Shown: positions 14,860 to 32,166 of the stretch, piece by piece
Position numbering within the stretch: position 1 is the stretch's first letter
How the letters are laid out: each line of letters starts with the position of its first letter
Source: Vicugna vicugna
Taxonomy: Eukaryota
NCBI GenBank assembly: GCA_013265495.1
Contig: MU061668.1
Location: 1,263,164 to 1,327,163 of the forward strand
Length of the DNA stretch: 64,000 nt
Reading direction: 5' to 3'
The notes under the pieces: generated by a model
What the model saw: only the letters and a program-made list of their open reading frames with translations
Database searches by the model: none
Told to the model about the DNA's origin: nothing
Translations under genes and position numbers: made by a program

Positions 14860-15330
14860 AGTTGCATTGCCCTCGAGAAACTCACACGTGTGCAAGAAGT
14901 CATACTAGAATGTTTATTGCAGAATTGTTTGGAGCGGAAAAAAATGGAAACAAACTAAATGTCCATCAGCAGGAGAAAAATCAGTCACAGTCTTCTTAGG
15001 TGATGGGACATAATGAGACGTGAAAATGAACCGAGCGCGAAAGCACACATATCCACGTAGATAAACTGAAACATAGTGTTCTGCAGCGGGAGGACACATT
15101 TGGTGCAATACTATTAAGTAAAGTTTGAAAGAACAAAAAAGCAATGTATTGCCTGAGGGTACATCATACAAAGCACAAGCATGGAAGCTGAGTGGGTCAC
15201 GGCGTGGAACTGGGGGGCAGTCTCTGCAGAGGGAGAGGGGAGCGTCCTGCGATCCCAAAGACACGGCGACTCCTCGTGTCTCAGCCTTGGTGGGTGCGCA
15301 AGTGTTCCTTTTGAGCACCTCACAGTCCTC
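14860..15330 (+). mobile_element. L1ME-type 3' fragment
   Basis: gaatgtttattgcagaattgttt…aaaaatggaaacaaactaaatgtccatcagcaggaga resembles the L1ME 3' region. Confidence 0.65.
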
Positions 15331-16920
15331 ATTGTCAGGAGGTTTCATAGGGTGAAAATATAAAACTTAATACCCCGTAACCATCTGTCCCTCACCTATG
15401 AAACCCCTCCTCATTTAGCATCCCTCCCTGCCCTGAATGTTTGCCAGGCTTCGCTCGGTGGTCGGAGGTTAAGCATGTGATGCTGTGTGTACACACACAC
15501 GGTGCAGCCAAGCCGTGTGTGCCCCCGGGAGCCACCCGTGAAGCGCCGGGGCGGAACTGGCTAACTGCCAGAGCCGGAGCGTCGGCTCGGGGACCACTGC
15601 ATGGAGAAAGGGCGGTTTGGGCATCAAAGGGTTAAAACAAACACTGGCAAAGCCCTGGGATAGTTTTCCAAACGTGAGGGGGCTCATGTTTTATTGCTAT
15701 TGTGCAGCCATTGAAGAAAAAAATCAACACAGGCGTTTTTATTTCGTATAAGGATTAGCATGTGCTTATAATATCAACGAATTTTTGTTAAATGTAAGAT
15801 AGAGAAGGTTATTTTGATAAACTCTGGTTTCCCTTTCTGAGGTAAAGTCCCGATCAAGCACCCCCTCCACTGTTTCCCATGAAGTGGGGCTCCCTGCTTC
15901 AGGGGGACAGGACCTGCTGCTCTGTCCGGGATCAGCTGTGGGTCCTCTCCTTGTGCTCCAACCGCCTGTGCAGACGCTTAGCCCCGGACGGGGTTCTGCG
16001 CCTGCACTCCCGCGGAGGGCTTGGAGGTGCACCTCATTCGGGAAGGGGCTGCCCGGTGGTCTGCTGTGTGGGCCGGCGGGTCCGTGGGAGGGTCCTGGTG
16101 GCTCCGGCCCAACCGCCCACCCTCAGGCCTGCGTGGAGCTCTCCTGCCAGGGCGCGGCGTCCCGTCACCTGAAGGGGAAGCTGTGCTCACGCAGGCACCT
16201 CCGCCTCACAAGGCGCTCAAGCATCTTGCTGGTCGCAGGCTTTCCCCCTGGGACGCAGGGGCTTCTCACGTCCCTCGTGGGCTGTGGTTGACCCAGTGGA
16301 GGAGCATCTGCAGAGGGCCTCTCGGTGACTCCTTCATCCCGCTGCATCAGCAGAGCTCTGAAGAAGCCTATCCTCCGTCGCGCTCCCCAGGAAAGCTCTC
16401 CACTCGCTGGCACGTCTGTTCCTGGCGCTCCTCTCTAAGCAAGCCTAGAGTTTGAAAAGGAAATCTCAGTGACAAAATATAAATAAGGGAGTGATCTATT
16501 TCTTTTGGAAAAGCGTTCATCCTAGAAGATTGAATTAGATAGCTCTCCCAGGGCTTTGAGAGGAACGTTCAAACTCTCGTTGGTCTGTTTCACATGAATT
16601 TTGCTTTTCTAGACCCTTTAGCTGCTGAGGTAGCCCCGAGCTGTAGCCGAGTGCGCGCTGGTCTTCCTGCCTGCCTGCCGCAGCGTGCCTGCCGCTAAGC
16701 TTGTGTTTCCTCGGTGATAGCGTTCCTTTCTGCCTGTTCCCCTGTCCAGTGCCTGCTGGTCCTGGCTTGTCAGCAAAGAAAACTAGACTGCTCCTTGATT
16801 TTTAGTTGATGGCAATATTATTAAATAAAACAAGTACCAAAAAAAAAAAAAGAAAACCAGATAATCTTGCCATCTTTACAGAATAGCTATTTTTCACTTT
16901 TGTACTTTCCTTTGTGGGGC

Positions 16921-16978
16921 CTCTCTCCCTCTCTCTCTCTGTGTGTGTGTATACACACACACACACACACACACACAC
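16921..16978. repeat. Compound (CT)n(GT)5-ATA-(CA)n microsatellite
   Basis: Read directly from the sequence. Confidence 0.95.
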
Positions 16979-18119
16979 GTATTTTCTAAGAATATGGTGA
17001 TTTTTCTGTTTCTGTTTCCTTTTCTTGGCATACACAGTGTTTTCCAATGGCTGTATTCCTTTAGTAATTGTCATTTTGAGTGAGTGTAGACTCCTAACAC
17101 TCATGTTCCGTAATTAACCAAATGGTTAGGTTTCCAGGTTTTTGCTATTAGCATAATACATATTGTAATGTGCAGCTTGATGCACATTGCTTCTCACTGC
17201 TGTTGAACTGGTTATTAAGATTAATCTGCCAGGGGAGGGATTTTGGGGCAGAGGATCTCAATCTGTATACAGTTCTTGCTACATAATGCTTTCTTGGTGA
17301 ATTTTCCCTACACTGTCAGGGGTTGACTGGTTTTGTTCCGTCTTTCCCAACGTTGGCTCTGGTTAGTTCTCCTCATCTGGCCCTGATTTCAGCCTTTGGA
17401 TCCCCAGTGAAGTGATCGTGTGTTTGCGTCATCCAGTATGCAGCCTGTGGCTGTTGCTTTTGCCTACACATGAGGTCAGGTTTGCCATTTTCCTTTAATG
17501 AATTTGAATGAGCTGTGATGAATTGCTTAACATTTCCTAGCAGTTTCATGCCCAACCAGTGAGATGACCGTATTTGGGGGAAGATTAAGCAAGTGGTTTG
17601 ATGAGGTTTATAGAAGAATGATCGAGATTTGCCACAAGTGAAGGGGAGCTTAATTTTAAATCTTAAGTGGTCAGGTACCAAATGATCTTGCACAAGACAG
17701 TGTGATTCTGCAAAAGACTGATCAGTTGTTGAAGAAGCATCTGGTTTCTGTGGCTCAGATAAGGGAAGCAGCTTGCTCTCAGTTCCCTTCCAGCCAGTCC
17801 AGTGTTGATTCTCCTGAGCTAGTGCAGAGTTCCACCTGAATTTATCCTTAGAGCGACGTCACCTTTCGTGCTTGCTTGCTACTCCCTGCGCCCTGCTCTG
17901 ATGTCATTGCATCACATTGGGGGTTGGGGGGATGGGAGGGGCACTGTAGAGGGACTTTAAAGATTTCTCTTAATTACTATGGGCTTCCTCCAGCATTAAG
18001 AAATCTTTTTCTTCCAGAATCTGGTTGTTTTGTAACAACCGGTCACTTTAGAATATCTGACCTACCATACTGCTGGGACAAAATATCTATCATTACACTT
18101 CTGTTTAAAAGCAAATTGA

Positions 18120-18299
<180 letters not shown>

Positions 18300-19736
18300 T
18301 GAGAACTTCTGACCCGTCTTGGGTCAGGTGGGGAGGGGAGGGGTTTAGAAGAGTTACTGTGGGTCGATGGTTTGATCTGATTTTCTGGTAGGAAGGATTC
18401 ACAGCTGCCCTGGCTGGAGGCCCAACAGCTATTGACAGATTCTTTCCTGTAAAAGGTGACATATCTCAACCCACTCACTCCACTGTGTGATCTCGTCATT
18501 TGAATGTTTGCAAGTGCTCCATTTCTGTTCATGTGGTTCCCCTCATCTGGGGCAACACCCTCACCAAACTTACATCGTCCATCTCCTACATTATCCCATA
18601 CTCACCCCTCTCTGTGTTGCCCAGACTCATCCAGCAAGTAGGGGAACCAGGGTCTGGTATTTGGATACCTAACCGTGTGTCCCCACCTGGGCCAATTTGT
18701 GTGGTCAGAAAACAAAGACATCGAGGGCACTCCTGTTCTGTTGCAGAAGGAAGGGCTTGCGGGAGAGAACAGGCGGCAGGTGAGAGCAGACAGCAGAGCA
18801 GCTCTGTGCACCCAGAAGCTTGCAGGAGAGATGAGTTGGGCTGGAGAGGGCAGAGGAGGACTCGTGGAACTCCCAGGGCACCACCCAGGCTGAGAAGGCA
18901 GAGTGGCAGGGGTGGGGAGACTGCACTCACAAGGCAGTGGTGGGGGGTCCACGGTCACAAGGCAGTTGCGGGGGGGCCCACAGAGGGTTAGGATGCTCAA
19001 ACTGTCCAGTGAGTCCCACAGACACTGGAGGTAACGCTGAAAGGTGAGAACCTTGGATTTTATTCCCTAGCCTACCCGGGCTGGCTGTGTGATTTGGCTT
19101 CCTCCAGGCCTCATTTTCCCTATCAGGTTGATCCTATAGCCTTTTGGTCAGTGAACAAATGTTTATTGAACAGTTGCTGGTTGTCGGTCACTGTTCTGAA
19201 GGCTGGAGGTACACAGGTGGACTCTGAGACAAAGAGCACTTTCCTCGAGGAGTTGACATCCTCAGCCTCCCTGCACAGGGCATGTCGGCTGCCCCCGCCT
19301 TGCTCCTTCTGGTCCTTTATATCTGTTGATGCGTTTTTCTCCGCACTCTGAGCATCACGTCTGGAATCCCATTCATGTGCTTCTGGTTTATCATATCCCC
19401 TCCTGAGCTGGCCCTAAATTGATGCACACACTTTGTGGGGAAACAAAGTATCCTCAGGAAACTCCATGATTTCATGACATTTTTCTTCCTCTTGACCTCA
19501 AGGTGGACGCCTTGAGTAAGGCTGTTGCAAAGCAAAAGTTACGTATGTCTGCTGGTCTCTTCGTCTACATGACTGTTGGCTGCCACCCGAAGGTGTGATC
19601 ACCCGGCGCTGTTGTATCACTCTCACTCGGATGTATGCTCAGCGATGCTGCATTTCTTACAGGCTCCTGAGACTGTTTGGGAATTATTCTCATAATGAAT
19701 GCTAGGATGGATGGTCAACCTTCCTTAATAGTTTAT

Positions 19737-19862
19737 AAGTAGCCGTGTGTCCTGGCTTGCCCAAGAAAGTCCCAATTTATGCTATTGTCTTGGCATAACT
19801 ATTAATTATACGTGCCCTCACGCTACAGCACCCTAGCTTGAAGAACATATTATAGAGTCATT
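19737..19862 (+). mobile_element. MER94-like hAT (Blackjack) DNA transposon relic
   Basis: gtgtcctggcttgcccaagaaagtcccaatttatgctattgtcttggcataactattaat resembles the recalled MER94 consensus. Confidence 0.55.
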
Positions 19863-20559
19863 GTGGTTTTAAGCTACTTTGGGTTTGGGACCTCTGCTAT
19901 GTTCCATGCACACGTGCTGTCACACCTTGCCAGCGGGCCCCCTTTGCAGTTTCAGGGCCATGCACACTTGGAGCTGACAGGCTCCAGGAGTTAGACCTCC
20001 TTCCTGAGAGGACAACAGCCATTTCCGGAGAGTAGCCCACCTTTACGGGAAGAGAACTGAGAGAAGCCTGTCAGCAGTGGTTCCTGGTGGTCACACCTGG
20101 GGACCCAAAGCAGCCAGGAGCAGGCCAGAAATGGATGCTCAGGCCAGCAGGTGTTCCAGGAGGTCAGCCAGCAGGTGACTGGGCCCCAGGGCCAAGTCTC
20201 TGGTGGCAGGAGACATCAGGGAAGGGACCAGGAACCACTCAAGGTGGCAGATACCAGAGATGGTACCCAAGCACCAGCCAGAAGCCCCAGGGCTTGGCTG
20301 ACAGTTAGGAAGACGCCATTCTCAGGCCTTCCGGGCTGACTTGGAGCCTAAGCAATATCCCTGGCCCTGAAGCCATGGTTTATTATTGAGACCAAGGTGA
20401 GGCCGAGCCACATGTGCCAAGGGAGATCATGTGGCTCCAGCCAGGTGGGCAGCAGAGGCTCAGAAGCAAGCAGGACCTGAATGCATGCCTCTGGAAATTC
20501 AGCCACCAAGGCTCACCTGATTATTTCACATCATCATATCCTCATACCACCTAACACTT

Positions 20560-23500
20560 GCCTTGAAGGTAACTGTGAAAGAACTGAAATAAGCACAAAA
20601 CGTTGGCATCCATTGACTGGAGCAGGCAGAAGAAAGTCAACACACTTGAAGACAGGACAATGGGAATTACTGAGTCTGAAGAACAGAAGGAAAAAAGACT
20701 GAAGAGAAAAGAACAGAGCCTAAGGGACCTGTGGGACACCGTCAAGTGGCATATGCTTGTGGCAGTCCCAGAAGAGGAAAAGAAATCAAAAGAGGCAGAG
20801 AAAAAATTTAAAGAAATGATGACTGAAAACTTCCCAAATTTGATGAAAGACATAAACATCAGAGAAGCTCAGATGAACTCAAAAAACCCACACTAAGACA
20901 TATGTAATCAGACTTTCAAAAGACAAAAAGAGAACCTGCAAAGCAGCAAGAGAGAAGTGAATCATCACATACAGGGAGCCTCAATAAGATCATCAGCAGA
21001 TTTCTCGTCAGAACTTGGAGGATACAAGGCACAGGGCCAATATATTCAAAATGCTTAAGGAAAAAACCTGTCAGCCAAGAATCCTGAATCCAGGAAAACT
21101 GTCCTTCAGAAATGAAGGCAACATTAAGACATTCCCTGATGGACAAAACCTGAGGGAGTTCATGACCACTCAATGTGTACTGCAGGAAAGTCTTCAAGGA
21201 CTCAGGGAGACTTGCAAGGTGAAATGACAAGATACGAGGACACTGGAGAAATAAAGATCTCAATAAAGGTAATAATGGGAGATTATAAAAGCTAGTATTA
21301 CTGTAACAGTCGTTTGTAATTGCACTTTTTGTTTTTCTATGTGATTTAAGAGATTAATATATTTTTAAAAAATTATTTGTGTAAAATCCAGTATTACTGT
21401 TAACTTTGGTTTGTAACTCCAAATGTTATTTTCTACATGATTTGAAAGACTAGTGTGTTTAAAAGAATTATCAGGGGGAAGGTATAGCTCAGGTGGTAGA
21501 GCGCATGCTTGACATGCATGAGGTCCTGGATTCAATCCCCAGTACCTCCTCTAAAAATAAATGAATAAATAAACCTAATTATGCCCCCCCCCAAAAAAAA
21601 CTTTAAAGAAAAGAATGTTTATGTTTTGGGACATGCAATGTAAAAAGGTGTAATTTTATTGACATTAAGATGGTAAAAATTCAGATTAGAGTGTTACAAC
21701 CTTAGAATGTTAAGTGTAATCCCCATGGGAACTACAAAGAAAATAACTTTACAATATTTAGAAAAGGAAATGAGAGAGAATTTTTTAAATTTCACTATAG
21801 AAATCAAATAAACAGAAATGAAGAAAGTAATGCAGGATATGAAGGACAAAAAGCTGTAGTAAAGCCTATAGAAAACAAACACAACGACAGACGTCAGTCT
21901 CTCCCTGTCAGTCATCCCTTTAAATGTAAATGGGTTAAATTTTCCAATCAAAGGACAGATTGCCAGAATGGATAGAAACTCATGATCCAACTACATGCTG
22001 TCTACAAGAGACTCACTTGAGATCCAAAGACACAAGTGGGTTTGAATGTGAAAATACGGAAAAAGATATTTCATGCAAATAGTAACCAAAAGAGAGCAGC
22101 GGTGGCTATTACTATGCTTAGATTTACACTCAGATAAAATAGACTTTAAGTCAGAAAAGTTTACAAGAGACAAAGAAGGGCATTCTATATTTATAAAAGT
22201 TTCAATACAGCAAGAAGATATCACAATTATAAACATTTATCACCTAATGATAGACCATTGAAATTGATGAAGCAAAAACTGACAAACTGAGGACAGAAAT
22301 GGACGAGTTCTACAATCATAGTTGGAGACATCAATAACCCACTCACAATAACGGATAGAACAACAGGCAGAAACAAGGAAGTAAAGAGTCAAACAACACA
22401 ATTAATTAACTAGATCTAACAGACATTTGCAGAACCCAAACAAAACAGCAAAAACAGAATGCACATTCTTCTCAAGTGCACACGGACGTTTTCTAGGATA
22501 GGTCATACTTTAGGCCAAAGTTAAGTCTCTGTGTGATAAAAGAGATAGATATCATACAAAGTATCTTCTCCAACCACAGTGGGCTAAAGTTAGGAATCAA
22601 TAACAGAAGGGAAACTGGAACATTTACAAAATTGTGGAAATTAGACAACACACACTTAAACNNNNNNNNNNNNNNNNNNNNNNNNNNNNNNNNNNNNNNN
22701 NNNNNNNNNNNNNNNNNNNNNNNNNNNNNNNNNNNNNNNNNNNNNNNNNNNNNNNNNNNNNNNNNNNNNNNNNNNNNNNNNNNNNNNNNNNNNNNNNNNN
22801 NNATTAAAAGTCAGGAAAGATCTCAAGTAAACAACCTAACTTTACAACTTAAGGAACTAGAAAAGAATAACTAAACCCCAGGCTAGAGGAGGAAGGAAAT
22901 AAAAATTTTAGAGCAGAGATAAACTAAACAGAGAGTAGAAAATCAACAGAGAAAGATCAGTGAAGTTGATTCTTTGAAAAGATTCTTCAAAAGCACAATT
23001 GACAAATCTTTAGCTAGATGCACTAGGAAGAAGGAAGACTCAAATTGCTAAGATCAGAACTGAAAATGGGACAAAACTATTGATTCTACAGAAGCAAAAA
23101 GGATTAACAGAGAGTACTATTAACAATTATATGCCAACAAATTGGAGACCTACATGAAGTGGACAGATTCCCAAAACACAAAACCTGCTTAGACTAAATC
23201 ATGAAGAAACGGAAAATTTGAGCAGACCTATAAATAGTTAGATATTGAATCAGTAATCAAAAAATCTCCCAACAAGGAAAATCTCTGGACCTGATAACTT
23301 CAGTGATGAATTCTACCAAACATTTAAAGAAGAACTAACGCCAGTCATTCTAAAAAATCTCCCTAAGATTGAAGAGGGAACACTTCCCAGCGCACTACTG
23401 CCCTGATACTGGAGCCAGACAAAGACATGGGAAAAATTGCAGACCTGTATGCTTGATGAATATCGATTAAAAAATCCTTAGCAAAATATTAGCAAACAGA

Positions 23501-25800
23501 ATTCAGCAGCATATTAAAAGTATGATACAACATGACACCAAGTGGGATTTATTCCTGGAATGCACGCATGGTTCAACATACACACCACATTAACAATATA
23601 AAGGGGAAAAATTCACATGGTCTCAATGGATGCAGAAAAAGCATTTGACAAAACTCCCTTTCACGATAAAAACAATAAACTAGGAATGGAAGGAAACTAC
23701 TTTCACATGGTAGAAGTCATACATGTAAACCCCACAGCAAACATCACANNNNNNNNNNNNNNNNNNNNNNNNNNNNNNNNNNNNNNNNNNNNNNNNNNNN
23801 NNNNNNNNNNNNNNNNNNNNNNNNNNNNNNNNNNNNNNNNNNNNNNNNNNNNNNNNNNNNNNNNNNNNNNNNNNNNNNNNNNNNNNNNNNNNNNNAGAGA
23901 GAATTAAAATTATCTCTGCTTGCAGATGATATGGTCTTATATGGAGAAAACACNNNNNNNNNNNNNNNNNNNNNNNNNNNNNNNNNNNNNNNNNNNNNNN
24001 NNNNNNNNNNNNNNNNNNNNNNNNNNNNNNNNNNNNNNNNNNNNNNNNNNNNNNNNNNNNNNNNNNNNNNNNNNNNNNNNNNNNNNNNNNNNNNNNNNNN
24101 NAAACACTTAGGAATGATCCAAAGAGGTGAAAGACTTGTACAATGAAAACTACAAAACATAGATGAAAGAAATTAAAGAAGACATAAATAAATGGAAACA
24201 CATTCCATGTTCGTGAATCGGAAGCTTTAATATTGTTAAAATGTCAATAGTAACCTGAGTGGTCTAAGATTCAGTGCAACTGCTATCAACATCCCAATGA
24301 TGTTTTTTGAAGAAATAGAAAAACTCATCCTAAAATTCACATGGAATCTTCAGGAGCCCCCAGATAGCCAAAACAATCTTGAAAAAAAACAACAAAACTG
24401 TTGGACACACACCTCTTGATTTCAAAACTTACTACAAACTTACAGTAATCAAACCAACGTGGTATTGGCATAATGACAGATATATAGACCAATGAAATAG
24501 AATAGAGAGCCTAGAAATAAATCTTTACATGCATGATCCGATGATTTTTGACAGGGTTCCAAGACCTTTCAATGGGGAAAGGATAGTCTTTTCAACAAAA
24601 AGTGCTGGGAAAACTGGATATCCACATGCAAAAGGATGAAGTTGGACCCTTACCTAACACCATATATAAAATTAACTCAAATTGGATCAAGGACCTAAAT
24701 GTAAGACCTAAAACAATAAAACTCTTACAAGAAAACAGGACAAAAGTGTCATGACATTGGATTTGGCAGTGATTTCATGGATATGACACCAAAGGTCAAG
24801 AAAGAAAAAAAATAGACAAATTCTGNNNNNNNNNNNNNNNNNNNNNNNNNNNNNNNNNNNNNNNNNNNNNNNNNNNNNNNNNNNNNNNNNNNNNNNNNNN
24901 NNNNNNNNNNNNNNNNNNNNNNNNNNNNNNNNNNNNNNNNNNNNNNNNNNNNNNNNNNNNCTAAAACTCAAGAGCAAAAAAATTCAAAAATGGGCAAAGG
25001 GCTTGAATAGACACTTCTCCAAAGAAGATCTACAGATGGACAATAAACACATTCTGAGATGCTCAGTGTCACTAACCAGTGGGGAAATGGAAACCAAAAC
25101 TGCAGTGAGATACTACCTCACCCCCAATAGGATGATTATTACTAAAAAAAAAAAAAGGAAAGCAAGTATTGGTGAAAGTGTTGGAACCCTTGTGCACTGT
25201 TGGTGGGAGTGTAAATGGTTCAGCCACGTTTACTGTGGAAAACAGTGTGGCAGTTCCTCAAAAACTAAACATGGAATTACCATCCAATCTAGTAACTTCA
25301 CTTCTGGGCATATACCCTGAAGAATTAGAAACAGAGTCTCAAAGAGGTATTTATACAGTGTTCATAGCAGCATTATTCACAGAAGCTACAACATGGAAGC
25401 AACTTAAGTGCCCATCAATAGATGATGGATAAAGAAAATGTGGCCTTTACATGCAGTGGATTATGATTCAGCCTTAAAAAGGAAGGGAATTCTGCAAGAT
25501 GCGGTAACGTGGGTGAACCTTGGGAGGATCTACTACATGAAACAAACCAAGTCACAAAAAGATGAATACTGTTTGATTCCGCTTATACAAGGTACTTAGA
25601 GTATTCAAAGCCATGAAGGCAGAAAGTAGATTGGCAGTTGCCAAGGACTTTGTGGGGAGGAGTTATTGTTAGAGTTGTAATTTTAAAAGATGAAAAGAGT
25701 TATGGGAATAGATGATAACAATGGGTGCACAACAACCGCTTTTTAATTTAATACCACTGAACTGGACTCTTAAAATTACAAGTTGCTAAATTTTTGATAC
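20560..25800 (+). mobile_element. Near-full-length decayed L1MB-type LINE-1 (ORF1, inter-ORF repeat, ORF2, 3' end)
   Basis: ORF1-like peptide (…EEQKEKRLKRKEQSLRDLWDTVK…KEMMTENFPNLMKDINI), endonuclease/RT remnants (DAEKAFDK), and a 3' end of type ccactgaactggactcttaaaa. Many stops and frameshifts; contains four N gaps. Confidence 0.92.
21474..21610 (+). mobile_element. tRNA-derived SINE (camelid Vic/VicSINE-like) inserted in the L1
   Basis: ggggaaggtatagctcaggtggtagagcgcatgctt…gaggtcctggattcaatccccagtacctcc, with A box at 21485-21496, B-box-like motif at 21528-21538, and aataaa…cctaatt…cccc-A tail. Confidence 0.88.
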
Positions 25801-26229
25801 ATGTATTTTAACACACACACAAACCCCCCAAACATCGCAATCTCCATTGACACCCCCTGCCCTCTGCAGCAGGCCGGGGCAAGTCAGCATCGGAGAAGTG
25901 TTGACGCCATTGAGACAGAATTGAGACTCTTGTCTTTGATCAGAAGTATCAGGAGGGAATGCCTTCCACGTCCATGGCAGCCACGTGTGTGCCCTCCCCG
26001 CACAGAGCCAGGCGCCCTTGGAGAAGCAGGGCTGGATTCATCCCTCTGCACAGGTGCTCCTGACACACGCTCGGTTGACTCACAGGATGACATCTCTGTT
26101 CTACAAGTGGCCTGCCTGGAGGCGTGGACGATTCCCTTGACTATTCTGAGTCTCAGGGGATGCTGCCCTACCGCTCACCCCAACCCCTCACCCCAGGTGA
26201 ACACGACGTCTTGAGAAACCATCTTCTAA

Positions 26230-26400
<171 letters not shown>

Positions 26401-27401
26401 TGAGCACCTTAAGGGCTGGGGGCAGATGAGAGAAGAGGGCACTGCCGTGGGTGTGAGGGGATCTCAGATGTGCCTGGGCAGGGTGCCAGGGCCTGTCAAC
26501 TACCCAGCACCCCCAGCAACAGTGGTGGGGTGATGGCCATCCCTCACACACGTCCCCAGCCGTCCCCACTCAATAGTCCTTTTCTGTCATGCTGTGACCT
26601 TACGAGGAAGGTGGGTTTGTGCCCATTCTGCAGATGAGGTAGCTGGGGTACCTGAGCAGGTGGGTGGGGCATGGCCTGAGATCCCACGGCTCTGTGAGCC
26701 TGGCCCCGGGCCCATGCCCTTTGCCTCCTCACCAGGGAGACCCCTTTGTGTGGCTTCTCACGGTTTATACAGCCTGACAGCTAAGAATATTTATTTCTTA
26801 ACATAATTTGTCAGATGTTCTCCTAAGAAAAAAGAAACACCTCTCAAAATAAACAAAAAGCCTTGACATGGATGATTAATCATACTTAGGATTTTGTGGG
26901 TCCCGCTAGTCCTAGAAGCGAGCCTGCATTTCCCCAAAGGCCCAAGCCATGGGCCATAAAGGATTTCAAACCTAGTCACATCTAAGCCATATGTGTGTTC
27001 TGGGACTCCCAGGCCACTGAGTGACCCTCAGCTGTAGAACATAGGTAGAGGACAGCCACCCAGTTTGTCCCTTACTGTGACATTCTGGAAGGAAGCTCTC
27101 TTCCTTTGTAACTTCAGGACTGGGGGAGTGGAGTGATCAAAGCCCCCAGCTCCCCTACCCCCTTCTGCACACAGTCCCACCCCATGGGTCCCCACCCGGG
27201 TGCAGAAGGTGGAGGTCAGGCCAGGGCTGGTCTCACAGGGGCATGGGGACCCTCCCAGTTCTTCCTTAAAGCACTGCTTTGAGGACGAGGGGTTGGGGTG
27301 GGGACAAGCACTTGGGGATCAGGAAGTGGGATGGAGTCTCGGGAGCTGGGGAGGGGCTGTAGCCAATCAGCTGGAGGATTTGTTGGTCTCCTTCCCTTCA
27401 G

Positions 27402-27631
27402 AGAAGCTGAAAAGATCTCGTGGAAGGGGAGTAATGTCTTCTACCCCATGGTCTTACGCAACTACAGGACTAAGATACCCTCTCATCTAGCGTCGAACCC
27501 CAGAGGGGACGCTCAGAACCCGAGCTCCCAGCACCCGCAGCCCGCGGGACGGGCCAGCGCTCTCAGGAGTGGATGGGCAAGAAGCCCATCAAGCTGCACT
27601 ACTCCTTCTACGACGGCTCCTCCTTCGTGTA
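27402..27631 (+). CDS. C3orf20: C3orf20 coding exon 5 (contains a net frameshift as assembled)
   Basis: The 5' part reads EAEKISWKGSNVFYPMVLRNYRTKIPSHL in one frame; the 3' part reads QRSQEWMGKKPIKLHYSFYDGSSFV in another. Length is 230 nt while both flanks are phase 2. Confidence 0.85.

Positions 27632-32166
<4,535 letters not shown>

Noticed and set aside
17515-17725. Possible C/D-box snoRNA (GTGATGA at about 17515)
   Set aside because: No CTGA D box at a suitable distance and no terminal stem.
20603-21227. L1 ORF1-like ORFs as functional or domesticated genes
   Set aside because: Fragmented by frameshifts and stops, consistent with neutral decay.
21474-21550. tRNA gene call
   Set aside because: Has A and B boxes but continues into an A-rich SINE tail, occurs twice and sits inside an L1; it is a SINE.
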